Shown here piece after piece: positions 14,695 to 28,076 of a stretch of 64,000 nucleotides of DNA (positions within the stretch are counted from its first letter, which is position 1; the number at the start of each line of letters is the position of its first letter). Made by a program: the position numbers and the translations under genes. This DNA is from Camelus dromedarius (taxonomy: Eukaryota), in contig NC_087436.1 of the NCBI RefSeq assembly GCF_036321535.1, positions 105,836,001 to 105,900,000 on the forward strand, read 5' to 3'. The notes beneath the pieces are model-generated. The model worked only from the letters and a program-made list of their open reading frames with translations, was not told where the DNA came from and did no database searches.

Positions 14695-15415
14695 TAGTAC
14701 TTTATAAATTAGTGTTAGCTTTACTGTATTTATTTATTACTCATTTAATGGCTAAAATTTACTTTTTACAATTTTTTCCCAGTTGATTTGTATTTTATGT
14801 TAGCCTCTGGTTTAACAAGTGCTGAATACCAAGCACTGTTACCAAATGAAGTGACCACTGAGTAAATAAATAAAACTATGTTTTATTATTTAAAGATCTT
14901 TGCATTTGATTGCATTTTGTAGGTATAATTGGGAGAATTTGCTGTACACAGTTTTTATGTTTTTGGTAATAAAACCATCCTTTAAACTGGCAGCATATAA
15001 CTGACTTCTGTACTAAAGTTCAGAATATTTTTCTTGATGTCTGCACTGAACGTTAGGTATTGAAATTGACAGGTTCTTTTCAGGGAAAGCCTTTAGCACT
15101 ATCCACTATATAAAAGCAAGGTAAAACTGAACTTATTTTAAATTAGGAGGAGTGAAGATTATGTAAGCCATTTGTTGTTAGATGAGAGACACTTCACGTT
15201 AGCTTGAGTCTCTTAGAATGATGGACTCAGAATACCTGAAAGAAAGTTAAGGAGTAAGGATGATGAATTCTGTTTCTGTCCCAGCATGATTTATGGAGGT
15301 TTTCAACACTAACTTTGTTTATTTTGGAATTAGCTATGAGCTTTGAATACTTCTTTCACAGTTTTGTGTTTAATTGAAGGAAGAATTATACTTAATGTTA
15401 TTTCCATTCTAATAG

Positions 15416-15688
<273 letters not shown>

Positions 15689-15970
15689 TGAGATTTATGG
15701 TGCAGTCTACCAGTACAGCTCTTTGTTACAGTTCAAAGTCTAGGTGGGCACCAGCAGTAACACTTCAGACTCTATAAAGATTGTTCACAGAAAGTGTCTG
15801 ATTTCTTCTTAGTCTTTTTAGTTCACAAATATTTTTCTCCTCTCTGATTCAGTGATTTAGAAGAAATGCTAAAGTAAATAGCTCAGAGGCAGAGAACAGC
15901 TATGTTTTCTTCTCTGGAGCAAGAAGTTTACAGAATGTTTAACAGATTAAACATTTTTCTATTTTTCTAG

Positions 15971-16114
<144 letters not shown>

Positions 16115-16480
16115 TAACCAAAATTGACTCTTTTTCCTGCATCCTATCCAGTATATATATTAAATACATTTTACTTTTTTCTTACAGTGCATCAAGATAA
16201 GTTTTGGGTATTAGCATTAAAACTAAAAGTGACAATTAAAAGAAATTTTTTTTCTTCAGAAGAACTAAATTATTCTGGGAGTTACCAACTGGGCATGGGA
16301 GTGTGAAAATTTTCATTTTTTTTTTTTAAAGGAAAAATTGTCCATAAACACTTTGTTGAGTTAACAGTTATTTAATGCACTTAGGAAGATGACAGTTTTA
16401 ACTACCATACAGGAAAGTTTTGCAATTTTATGTGATTCATAGTTTGCTAGATCTCAGTAATTGAATTGATGACGGTTTGA

Positions 16481-16936
<456 letters not shown>

Positions 16937-19582
16937 TAATTCCATAATGACATAGTATTACAACAACGTAAGTCATTGTGCACAAAATATAGTAAAAACA
17001 TTGGCTCTCTTGAGTACAAGTAAAATTTTCAATAAGAAAAGAATAAATCTGAAGACAGTTAGAACTGAATTCTTTGGTAGGTCCATCAGTTTTGCAGTTT
17101 GTTGCTGAAAGTACAAGAGCTTTGTTCTAGTACCTGGCAATGTAAATGAGCCTGAAGAAAACCAAACATGATTTAAAAAGTGAGCTTTTCCTACATGTAT
17201 AAATATGTATTCCAGTGGCAAACAAACATGAATTTCAAACTTAGTATCAAATAAATAGAAGTAGTAATGTATAATTTTAGGCTTAAAATCTAATTTGATG
17301 CTAATTCTTTTACAGTGGCAGGAAAACACTTGATAAAAGAAATATACCTAACAGACAAAAATTGCTTATTTTGGAAATTGGAACATTATGCTGAGCAAAT
17401 AGTACTGGTTTCAGTAGCGATAAAACTTAATTCACAAATGAATAGTAACTTGGGACCTAGATTTTCAAAAAAAGAAGTTGTTAACATAAATGTACACTGA
17501 TTCTTACAGCTAAAACTAGAAGGCAGAGTAAGTTTTTACTATCAAAGTATTCTACAATACTAGTTTCAATACTGGAGAAAACTGACTTCCAGTCATGAGT
17601 GGTTTATTAGTCTTATTTATAATTAAATGCCTCAGATAATTCAAAAATTTTACATGGAATTGAAATTTTTTGAATTTCTAAATATAAAAATTTTGGCTTA
17701 GTTTAGATCTATTTTAATGGTGTGAATTTTTAATTTAAGAACTAGCTAAAATGTGTTTTTGCAGAGTTATGATTGATCAGACTCAGAGCAGATGGGCAGG
17801 GCAGTATTGAATCATTTTAATGAAATTGTAGTTTCTTGCGGAGGTGGTGGTAGGTTGTTGTCTGCCTTTTCTTATATGTTGTTTTTGTTAGATTCTCCCA
17901 GTTGTAGTTAACTCAACACTTCAGTTTTTAGAGAAAGTGTGGGACAAGAGTTAACAGATTGTGTATTTGTTATCTACCCAGTGTTTATTTTTCTAGTTTC
18001 TCTTACTAGGGTTACTATATAATTACCATTGTTTGGGTTTAGAATACTAGCCCTTTAGAAAATTGGTCATTATGATGCAGTTGAGATCTTCCAACTACAT
18101 ATCTTATTTGTAATAGTTCTGCAGCACGTAGGATTTACTGGTCGTCTTCCTTATTATTAGCACATCGAGAGAATGAGCATGTATGTGCAGTAGTTATTAA
18201 GCATGGTATTTGGGGGAAAATGTTAAAGAGTGAGGAAGAAGTCTTGGAACTAAAACAGTTTGCTGAGCGTTTAATGCTTTGTTTTCCATTTAAAGAGTTT
18301 CTGAAGTTTTCGGGTCCTGATATAAATAGTACAAATCAGGGGCCTTACGGAGTGCTGCTTTTTCCCAGTATTTAACTCTGGTAGCTAGTTCATACTAACT
18401 TTCACAGTTACGAGAGGTTTATGTACTTTCATGAATTACCTTGCTTCAGTTACATTAAGGAAGACTTTTACTGTGATCATGTGTTATTATTTGGCTTCTT
18501 TGGAATCATTTTAAAGGGAAATTGTATGGCAAAGAGTGATTTGATACTGTATTTGATCTCGTTGTCAATTATTCCCACATTCTCTATTTGAACTGATAAT
18601 TTATACATTTTTTATTGATAAGGTACTAAGAGCTTAAAAAATGTGTTGACAAAGTCCCAAGCTGTTAAGTATTTTTCTTTTCATACTGCTCTTATGACTA
18701 TGGAATTGCTAAAGTGAATTAAGGAAAGTTGTATTTCAAAAAAAATGTAGTGCACGCTTTGTAACAACTTAAAAGTTTTATGTGAATTACTATTGAGGCT
18801 CTAAACAAATACTGTAGTTACATATTTTGATGACCCTTGAAATAATGACTGTTTCAGATTAATTGCCTATTTTTAAAATATTGGATTCTGCTTTTATATA
18901 GAGGTCTTGATTCAAATAACAGTTTTAAAAAAAACTTGGGACTTTATTTGCTAATCTTATGCTGGAAAACTAGGCTGAATATTCCCAGCCTTTTTGAATT
19001 TTCTTAATTCAAAGGCGGTTTAACCTTCCACCACTACTGCTATCATCAAAACCCAAGATTTCATATTTTTTATGTTTACATGTGCTTCTGCTCACCAGTG
19101 CTAATAGTGATACCCACCAGTTGGTAATCGCCACAGCACTAGGGGAAAGTTACAATAGAAATGTGGCAATAGACTGGTTAGAAAGTTGTTTTTAGGCCTA
19201 CAGTGGGCAAGTATAGCTTCATAACTTTCATAGCCATTCAGTGGATTCAATGGATGGCCTTTTGAAAAATTGTATTTAGCTAAAAGGTTATTGACAGCAT
19301 AATTCTAGTTATTGGTAGAGCTATTGGCACTGGTTTTTTAAATAAGTTGAGCTTTCTAGTATCTTGATGGCCTTCAGAATAGCTGTTTTGATGCCTACTT
19401 TTAGATCTAGTTAAAATAATCAGGTACTCTGTAGCTTTGAAACCCTCTTGTCTTACAGATGTGGTTAGGTGTTGATGTACCAAATCAAGGTAGTAAACAG
19501 TCCAAGATGCAGTTGGAGGCCATCCTGCCCTGCCCTATGCTCTGTGAACTGACCTAGCTAGGCCTTGTTCCTCTATCTGTGA

Positions 19583-19777
<195 letters not shown>

Positions 19778-20169
19778 TGAAAGCACTCTTTTGTCTAAAT
19801 GTCACTTGCAGCATATAAGATGTTTCTTCATCTCACTTTCATTTACTATCCATGACAACTGTACATTAGAAACCCAGAGGTGCTTTAGAAAAAACTCCTG
19901 ACTAGCATTTAAAACAGAAGTTGCACATCTTTTCCAGAGTTGTTTACTTTTATAATCAAGGGGAAAGCACTGGAAAGCTGGGAAATACAGAGTCATAAAA
20001 ATGAAATACTTGTATGAAATTTACCATGAATATTATAGAGATTTTGATACTTTTTTACTGTTTATTTTTATATATTTTGCATTTTGTATGAATAGTTTTA
20101 TATCACTTACAGAATTATTACTATCTAATATTTTTACTAATAAATAGCTCTTACATAAAAATTAACTAA

Positions 20170-20700
20170 CAAAATAGACAAATAAGCTACAAATGTGAAT
20201 GATGATTCTCAGGCTGTAAGTGGTCCATAAACATGAGGTGGGAAATTAACTCTGCTTGTAGTTCAAGAAATGCATTATTATTGAGGGAGGTACCATTTTC
20301 TTACCTATAAAATTGGCAGAGGTTAAAGAAAAATAGTGTTTGGTTGTATAGGAGAGGGTTTAGTGAAATAATCGTAGACCAAAGGTGGAATATATAATTA
20401 TGAAAAGCAGTAGATTTTGTTACCAAGAACATTAACAAATCCATACCCTTGGATCCAGGGATAATCTGTGAAATTTTCTTCTAGTGTTCTGTAGACAGAG
20501 ATATGAATCAAGATTTTTATACCACAATTATTTGTGATAGTAAAGAAAAATGGAAACTACCTAAATGTCCACCAGTAGAAAGATGGTTTAATGATTTATG
20601 CTATAGCCACATGATGAAATATTGTTCTAGGTTTAAATCATATTTTCAGAGACTATTTAGTGACATGAAGAAACATTTTCCAGTTACTTGGAAAATGTGA
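20170..20700 (+). mobile_element. Ancient L1 (L1ME-like) ORF2 3' fragment
   Basis: aaatggaaactacctaaatgtccaccagtagaaagatgg; the translation KWKLPKCPPVERWFNDLCYSHMMKY resembles the L1 ORF2 C-terminus. Confidence 0.7.
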
Positions 20701-22097
20701 AGGAGAGAAATGTGGAAATAATCACAATAGGTTCTGAAAATAGTGATTTCTGCATATCAGTAGGTTAACCTGTTGGGTGATATATAATCAAAGACTGATA
20801 GCCCTGCATCACCCTTTACTAGGAATGTGGTGTTCTCAGTCATTCTTTTAAATTTGTGGTTTCTAATGAGAATTTAGTTTACTAATTTATAATGTTGACA
20901 TTCAAATTTTTCACCTGTTTTCATTTGTATCTCATTTTTATTATCATAAAAATCCTATTTACACTCTTAAAATAGTCTGTTGACTTTGGCACAGTTCTGT
21001 CGGGAATTTATTCAACTCAGGGCCCAAAGTGCTAGAGGACCAGTATGAGGAACAAAGACCTTAACAGCCAAACTGCACAAATCTGTGTCTTACACACGAA
21101 CCCTGGTGTGAGTTCATCAGTTGATGAATATCAGATAAGGAAAAGGTACAGTCCTCCTCTCCCTAAGTCTCGCAAATTTGGGGCAGATAAGGGAGGTAAA
21201 TGAAAAAGATGGAGAAACCAGGAGATGAAGGCTAGTATATAGTTTACTTCGGAACATTTATCCTTCTTATGTCCCAAGTATTGGTAATGCATAGCATTAA
21301 AGACTTTATTCCTGATGGGATAGGACAGTTGGAGAAATGCGCTATATTCCTGTTGTGCTGCAGACTGTATCATGTACTAGCTGATACTGTGTGACCACCA
21401 GAGACATCCCCTATTACAGATTGTGATAACTGCCTTGAGAAGGAATAGATTCACATCCATCTTGGTTCTCGGAATCCTTTGATGTTATTAAGACATCGTT
21501 TTAAGTGGAAACACAGATAAAGACTTGTTTATGAAATGTAAGAATGAGTGTTCCAGACATCCTTGTAAATTATATCACTAGTTTAAACCACTAAGAGGCA
21601 CATGGTTCACAATAAAACTTTTAAACACTAAGTTTCAGATGGTCTAGCTCAGAAATAATTTAAGTACACAGTACTTACTTGAAGTTCACTTTTATAACTT
21701 TTAAATTGAATTTGATATTCTTAGTATGTGTGCTACTAAAGTGAGCAAGGTATTTGATAATATTAATCTAAGCTTTTTTTTTAATGAGAAAGACATGGCA
21801 TTTTACCAAATTTTTCATCCCACCCCTGTCTTTTAGATATCTATTGAAAACAACCAGGTTCGTGGGTAAAATAACTCAGTACAATTAAAATAGTTTATCC
21901 AGTCATTGTTTTGTCATCCAATAGCCAAAAACCTTAGTACTGTTTCTAACTTTGAACTTTACTATAGATTTTTAGGGAAGTCTATAACATTGTGATTAAT
22001 TTATAAAATGATACGGGCTGATCCCCTTTTTGGATTATTTAGCTTATTCTTTATACTGATTTTCCTTTGTAATTACATAATATACTTATTTGGATGA

Positions 22098-22337
<240 letters not shown>

Positions 22338-23924
22338 TAATACAGAAATACATAATTAAATGTTTCCATAATAATGTTTGGTTTCTATAGCACGTTTTGG
22401 AATCCACTTAAACACAAAATTCAGTTAAAGAATGCCTATAAATATTGATCTTAAATTTTATGTCCAGATTCTTGAATGAACTAATACACTAAGAAGTTTT
22501 ATGTTTCTAAATTAATTCACTAAATGGTATAGTTAGTGATCCAGTTACATAGAAATCAATTTTAGAACTGCTTTTTTGATTAATGGGGGTCTTTTTTTAT
22601 ACTAAATGGATATATTGGCCACTTTCAGGTAGATTTTACCACCTATTTCTTCAATGTTAATTTTAACTCTTAATTTTTATAAATGTAGTAGAAAGTTTCT
22701 TTGAATCTAGATCTTAATTGGATTCACCAGAGTACTGAAAGAAGCAGTTGTCTGGGTGGATCCAGAAGTAGTTTACTTTCCTCTTTGTGTAGAAATTAGT
22801 CACTCCAGAATTCTAGTGAACAGCTGTTTTGTGCACAGTCTAATAGCGTCATCATTGGTATTTGTAACTAAGACACTTGGGTGCTAGGAAAGCTAAGCGT
22901 CTTTTAAGTAATAAAGATGAAAAATAATTTTGAAGTGTTTCATTTAGTTTTAAGTGTTTTATATTGGAGGCTAAAGTAAAAGTTTTCAGGTAAATCTAGT
23001 AAATATTTATCTTAAAAATGCAAAAATTTTCTGGTGATGAAATGGAAACAGATTAGTCCATTACCTGGGATGGGATTGATTTTCATTATCTCATATCTCC
23101 CACTTGTTTTTTCTCTCCTTTGGTTATGTCTGCTAAGTAAGATATGGCCTGCCTTCAGACCAGATGAGCTCAGTAAATAGAATGGACCTAAATGCACTGA
23201 GTCAAAATGAAAGTAGATTGGTACATTGTCTGTATTTGAAGTCAAAATAATGGTCAGAATGATTATTGTGTTATCTTATTATAAGATCTTGTGCTTATTA
23301 GAGTTAGGGTTTTCATACTTTACTCACCTTTCTTCAGACGCTTAACTGTATTTATTAATAAGTACTAGTGTAGACTAGCTTTTTTTTGGACATATTCTTG
23401 AATTTGCTTGTAGTAATTCAAAAAAGATTGACAAAGCTATATTCAGGCATGGATTTTTATTTCTCTCAAGATTAAAATGTATTAGAAATAGGGCATGCAG
23501 TATATATAGTACCTGGCACCTAGTAAATACTAAGTAAATATTTATTGAATGAAATTGAGTTTATTTTCTATTATGTTTTAATGATTATTGATTATTGCTA
23601 TTATTCACACATATTCTTTATGTTACTAAAGTTCTAGAATTAGAAAGGGCATATTGTCATGTGCTTTGGTATTTGTTAGTTAAATATTAGATGAATCCCA
23701 CCAATTGATATGTTTGATTATAAATAGAAGAAATGCAGGCAAGGAACTCACACACTCGTCCTCCCCCCCAGTTCTTAAGGATTTTTCTTTTTTTTGTTAG
23801 GTTACTTTTTGCTTTTCACTGCTTTTTGCTCTTTATTTTTCTATCTTATACATGAATCTTGTAGTAATTGTTCATCAACTACATAGCTGTCACCTGGTAT
23901 TAAAGAACCTACTCTATAGATAGT

Positions 23925-24200
23925 CGAAGGCAGGAAGGACCAGATTGTATATATAGGGCTCTGTGGGCCCATTATTTCCCTGTTGAAACTGTTGAATGCT
24001 GCCTGCCATTGTAATGCAAAAGTAGCAACACTGAAATTTTAATTTCGTGTTATTTCCACTCCAGTGTCACCAAATGTTTCTGTTTTGATTTTCTTTTTCT
24101 CCCATTCATTTAAAGATGTATAAACTATTTTTAGCTGATAGGCCTTACAAATGTAGGCAGTGAGTTGGATTTGGCCTGCTGTAGTTTGCAGATTCTTGCT
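23925..24200. mobile_element. MER58-like hAT MITE
   Basis: aaggaccagattgtatatatagggctctgtgggcc...ttggatttggcctgctgtagtttgcaga. Confidence 0.6.
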
Positions 24201-24322
24201 TTTATCAGGCAGTGATAAATAAGCCATCAAATAAAAAGCAAAAGGTGAGGCTTGCTTGCTTCTAATTATATAGGTAGCTTTACGCTACTTTTGTAACTAG
24301 CATGTCAGAAGCATGGTGTTAA

Positions 24323-24514
<192 letters not shown>

Positions 24515-25692
24515 TAAGCTCAGTATCTTTCATTTTGTTAGCATTTTGCTTAGAATGGCATCTGAAAGGAGTCTCGTTCTTCCTTTCACTCAGGGGAACT
24601 TGGTGTTCTCATTGGCTAGGGAGTATACTCCAGTGTATAGGTGTGGGCGTTGACCTGACGGTGTGGTTATCTCTTAAAATCTCTGCTTTGCTAAGAGGAT
24701 GGTGGGATTGTTGGTATGATCGTGGGCGGGATTTGGAGCCAGATACGAATTTAGAGTTGACTAACATCAGGAGTATCTTTGGAGCCAGTCTCTTGCTGTT
24801 GTGATCAAGTCTCCTGGTTCCAGAAGTCAGTCAGTCTTTATAATTTTATCTGTCCCATTATAATTAGCTCTGAACTGTTTATATGTTGGTGCTTTAGAAG
24901 CTAAGGAAGCGTAAAAACCACACCTCTTTTTTGTATCATAGCATATTAGATTCATAAGGTACCCACCCACCCCACCTACTCCCCCTTTGTCTTTTGTGTG
25001 TGTGTGTGCCAGAATCTATTCTATAACTTAATACAGGAAACATCAGCCAAGAATGGTGGGACTGAAAGCACTTACTTTTAGTTGCTGTCACTTGCTATAT
25101 ATTTTGAGGCTTCTTTGTTATACTGATTTATGACTTTTGACACATCAGTTGTGTAGGACATTACCATTTAACCTGAAATGATTTGTTGAGAAGAAGTTGT
25201 ATGGCTGAATGTTAAAACAGATTCAGTCAGTTGTATTCTGTGGAGTAGAGTATATGGTTATCAAAACTTCGAAAATGAGATGATCCAGTCATTTGAATAC
25301 TGGGTGTTTCTTACACATAACCTGTAGTGCTATATAGCCTTGGAGAGGTTGGTCAAAATAGTTTTCTAGAGTGAAGAAATTGTTGATCTTATGTTAATAT
25401 CTTTATATTAAATGTAAAGAAAAGGTTTTTTTTAAGAATTTTTCTTGAGTTTTTTTTTTTTTTCTAAGTTTATGGAAAGTCCACTATCAGAAAATTTATG
25501 GCTTACTAGAAGCACACATTTCTAAAAGTGGTATATTTATAAGGATTAAGCATTTGTAATTTTCACATTGATTTGGGATTTGTAGGTTTGCCTTTGTCTC
25601 TCAGTATATTAATGGGTAGTACCTATCCTATTAGCAACTCCAGTACTTTAATTAAATGTTAATTTGGTAATTTCTCCCCCCCTTCTGGACAG

Positions 25693-25809
25693 GTTGGTGA
25701 AAATTGCCCCTCAATATTATGACATGAGCAATTTCCCACAGTTGAAGCAAAGAGACAGTTGGACCGCATCATTGCCAAACTGCAATCCAAGGAATATTCA
25801 CAGTACTGA
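25693..25809 (+). CDS. DHX15: DHX15 last coding exon (~exon 14) with an apparent 1-nt deletion at 25742-25743
   Basis: ggacag|G TTG GTG AAA ATT...; LVKIAPQYYDMSNFPQ reads to 25741, then [21 protein letters not shown] resumes in a shifted frame at 25744 with TGA at 25807-25809; 117 nt where 118 are needed. Confidence 0.93.
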
Positions 25810-26262
25810 ATTCAATGCTTAGAACTGAAGTTATTCAGAGGACAGCTTTAAAGATGAATGAACTCAAAAGTTCAAGTTGTGCTCTTCACATTGGTTCAAT
25901 AATGGCCTTTATTTGAAAGCTTTTTAATTTTTCTTTACAGTAAATATTCCATTCTGATTTCATAAATTAAACATTTATGCCTCCCTTTTGTGTTGACACT
26001 GTAGCTCATACTGGAAAAGTCGATCAATGTTTTGCAGTTTATTGAAAGTAGTTCTATATATAACAATGTTATAAGCATTTCTTTAGAAATGGTTGAAAAT
26101 GCTTCTAAAATGTGATTATCGACCATGGTATGCATGATCGTTGTAATTGTTGACATTCCTTTTAGAAGTTGTGAAATGTTACAACTTGTGCTTATGTAGA
26201 CACAATCTTCTGTCTCAGTACAGAGGCACTGACTTCAATAAAGTCTATTTATACTAATTTCA
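25810..26262 (+). other. DHX15: DHX15 3' UTR
   Basis: AU-rich, repeat-free sequence between the stop codon and AATAAA; the end is estimated ~20 nt after the signal. Confidence 0.8.
26237..26242 (+). terminator. Polyadenylation signal AATAAA of DHX15
   Basis: gacttcAATAAAgtc ~430 nt after the stop codon, followed by U/GU-rich sequence (atatttttgttct, 26277-26289). Confidence 0.8.
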
Positions 26263-27906
26263 GCCACATCACTCTGATATTTTTGTTCTAGTCTCTTTAA
26301 GTATGGCTTCTTTTCCCAAGTGCGGGGCTTTTATTTTTTCCCTTAAACTGTAAATATACTGTGATTACATATTCACCATCTTCCCACAAGGGCTACTCTT
26401 CAAAGTAGTCATTAAAGCAGTGTTTTTAAGAACATAGCACTTCGATGGGTTAATCAGGATGTGATGTAATGGGATAAAGTATGTTGTTTTTACTCAGAAT
26501 TGGATCCCCAAAGATAATGGAAGGATGGTTTTCTCTTCAAGTTCATTTCAGAAGACTGATAATTTATTTTGTTACCACGTTTTTGGCAGATCTTTTTGCT
26601 TTACCTAGATGTTCTAAGCACTTTAGACACTGAAACAGATGCTTGTTTGTATTAAATAGACAGTAGAAAGTGATACTATATTGTAGATCTGGGGGTCGAT
26701 TTTACTAAATTCTTGGTGTTGGATGTATTGTGCAATGTACAAAGTAATAAGTAGAGTGTGTTAAAATGTGAATTTGACTTTCCACTTCCTGTGATAGGCC
26801 GTGGACAAGTTAAAACCCATTTTTAATCACAAATGAGGTGTTTGGTGTGATCCATCAAAGGGTCTTCCTTTCACTTGAAGAGTAAATACTGTACCCATTA
26901 ATGTCTGGACTCCCCTCTTCAACCCTTCCCTATGTTTAAAAATATTTAAATTTTATAGGCGTACGTAGTTGTAATTTAAATATACTTTGAGGCAAATATC
27001 TAGTTTGTGATTTAATTGGACAATTTAAAAGATTTTCAGGCTACTGGGATACTTTGTAGTGTAGGTAACTTATTAAATGATACCTAGTGGTTTGAAAGAG
27101 TTTAATATGCTTCTATTAAGTGCCTGATTTTGTTCCCATGGAATAAGTTACATGCTGAAACAATATTTTAGGTTTCATATTTATAAATTAGTTATAATTT
27201 CACCCTTTGTTAAGTATTGGCAACATTATACGCTAACATTTTTTAAGGTTAAGTCTAGGCACTTGGTCTGACTTTTCAATTAGTAATAAATTGCCTGTTA
27301 AAATTATACCACTGTATACACTTGGTAAACCAGTGGCATGTCTTTATAATCTGACCATCTATCCAATTTTAAATAGATCTCAGCGTAGTGTATATATTGT
27401 TCAATCTTGTGCTTTTTAAAATCTGGAGTTAGAACATTAGGTTTTCTTATAGAGAAACAAGTTACAGAATGGTATGTATAATGAAATTGGGTATTTATTT
27501 AGCAGTTTCAAGGAAGGGCTAGTGTTCTTTACAACTTACAAGTGATGAGTCTCCATTGGGCATGGCTGCATGGAAACAGGAAGCAAACTGAGTCTTTATT
27601 CCCTATTCTCATGAGTACCCCACTTCTCCAGTTTTTTGAGGTTGGCCACAACTGACTAAAGCTGGGGTGTTACTGGCAAAGATGTGGATTTTTAAACTTG
27701 TGTTCTCCAACCCCATTATTTTACAGATTTGGAAGTTGCTTACAGTTTCCTTTGGTCACATAGGTGATTACTACTGTCAAATGGTCACCAGTGATCTAGA
27801 GCAAGAAAGTAAATGTTAAAACTTCCTCAGTAATCTTTTCTGAAGATTTGCTGAAGAGATCTCCTTATCTCTCAGTTTAAAATAGAACTGTTTTTTGTTG
27901 TGAATA

Positions 27907-28076
27907 CAGTCATTCTCAGTTCTGCGGAGGATTAGTTGTAGGACCCCTTGTGGATACCAGAATCTGTGGATGCTTTAGTCCCTTATGTAAAACGGCATAG
28001 TACCTCTGTATCCATAGGTTCCACATCCCTGTGGATGTGTGGTTACAGAACCTCTAGACAGATGGTGCAGACTATG
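27907..28076. mobile_element. MER2/Tigger-like TcMar MITE
   Basis: ta|cagtcattctcagttctgcggaggattagttgtaggacccc...gataccagaatctgtggatgct. Confidence 0.65.
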
